Source: Gammaproteobacteria bacterium (GTDB taxonomy: Bacteria > Pseudomonadota > Gammaproteobacteria > Ga0077536). From it: DNA of 64,000 bases. The stretch is from NCBI GenBank assembly GCA_963662545.2, contig CAXXLL010000002.1, forward strand, positions 1,728,001-1,792,000. Reading direction: 5' to 3'. The number at the start of each line of letters is the position of its first letter. Within the stretch, counting starts at the first letter, position 1. Both the position numbers and the translations under genes were made by a program. This document shows, one piece after another, positions 63,258 to 64,000 of the stretch. Below the pieces are notes generated by a model. It ran no database searches and was not told the DNA's origin. It worked only from the letters and a program-made list of their open reading frames with translations.

Positions 63258-64000
63258 ATGCAGGGACGTGACCTCACAGCGGATCCGATCACCCTGGCCG
63301 AATTCGACCAGGCGGCGGCCGCAATCTACGGTGTGCTCGCGCCAACGCCTCAGATCGCCTGGCCCTTACTGGCCGAGCGCTGCGCCTGTGAAGTCTGGGT
63401 CAAGCACGAAAACCATCTGCCGACGGGTGCGTTCAAGGTGCGTGGCGGCCTGTGGTTTATGCAGCGCTTGATAGAGTCGGGCGAAGCGCCGACCGGCGTC
63501 ATCGCGGCCACCCGCGGGAACCATGGTCAGAGCATCGCGTTTGCGGCGCGCCGGCAGGGCATCGGCGCCGTCATCGTCGTTCCGCACGGCAACAACCCCG
63601 AGAAAAACCGCTCGATGCGGGCGCTCGGCGCCGAACTGGTCGAATACGGGGCGGATTTCAACGAAGCCCTAGCTCACGCGGCCGTTGTGGGGCGCGAGCG
63701 CAGCCTTTACACAATGCCCTCGTTTCACTCCTTGCTGGTCAACGGGGTCGGAACCTATGCGCTGGAACTGCTGCGCGCGGTGCCGGATCTCGACGCCGTG
63801 TACGTGCCCATCGGCCTCGGTTCAGGCATCGCGGGCATGCTGGCGGCGCGCGATGCCCTCGGCCTCCACACCGAGATCATCGGCGTCGTAGCCGAGCGTG
63901 CGGATGCCTATGCCCGATCCTTCGACAGCGGCGAGGTCGTGAGCACCGTCGCGGCAGACACGATTGCCGACGGCCTCGCCGTTCGCATACCCGACGCCAA
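63258..64000 (+). CDS. PLP-dependent threonine/serine dehydratase family protein (3' partial)
   Basis: KHENHLPTGAFKVRGG, TRGNHGQ, PIGLGSG and TIADG. Confidence 0.92.
   Translation, partial: MQGRDLTADPITLAEFDQAAAAIYGVLAPTPQIAWPLLAERCACEVWVKHENHLPTGAFKVRGGLWFMQRLIESGEAPTGVIAATRGNHGQSIAFAARRQGIGAVIVVPHGNNPEKNRSMRALGAELVEYGADFNEALAHAAVVGRERSLYTMPSFHSLLVNGVGTYALELLRAVPDLDAVYVPIGLGSGIAGMLAARDALGLHTEIIGVVAERADAYARSFDSGEVVSTVAADTIADGLAVRIPDA

Overview
High-GC, probably gammaproteobacterial, chromosome window in two parts. (1) 1-~31360 is a decayed genomic island. Its left third is a defence/IS graveyard: nested IS66/IS21 elements, a type I R-M operon broken by IS21 and IS630 but retaining an intact GmrSD-like gene, an EcoRI-family MTase plus DUF262-HNH pair behind an IS1595-like end, IS21/IS6 copies and a second hsdS/hsdR remnant. 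Its middle (16.8-20.5 kb) holds an SDR gene flanked by two related 44-bp palindromes, a Cre-like recombinase pseudogene with three 13-8-13 lox-like sites, and mirrored origin-like iteron arrays. Its right part (22.0-31.4 kb) is a capsid-less satellite-like element: P4-type integrase, DUF932, AlpA-like HTH, TOPRIM primase, helicase and a second Prim-Pol/VapE replicase. Its edge truncates asmA. (2) ~31360-64000 is core/metabolic DNA: AlkP-family enzyme, selO divergent from a probable UGA-Sec (CxxU) AhpD/CMD selenoprotein with a SECIS-like hairpin, dodecin, quinohemoprotein ADH, ettA, molybdopterin oxidoreductase, amidohydrolase, acyl-CoA dehydrogenases, Fpg/Nei, SurE, an internally deleted hydantoinase A::B fusion, an IS1595 transporter element with 24-bp TIRs, an 8-bp TSD and low-GC passengers, TauD, acoABC and a partial threonine dehydratase. 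No rRNA, tRNA or CRISPR array was seen. All family calls come from motif recognition, not database searches.
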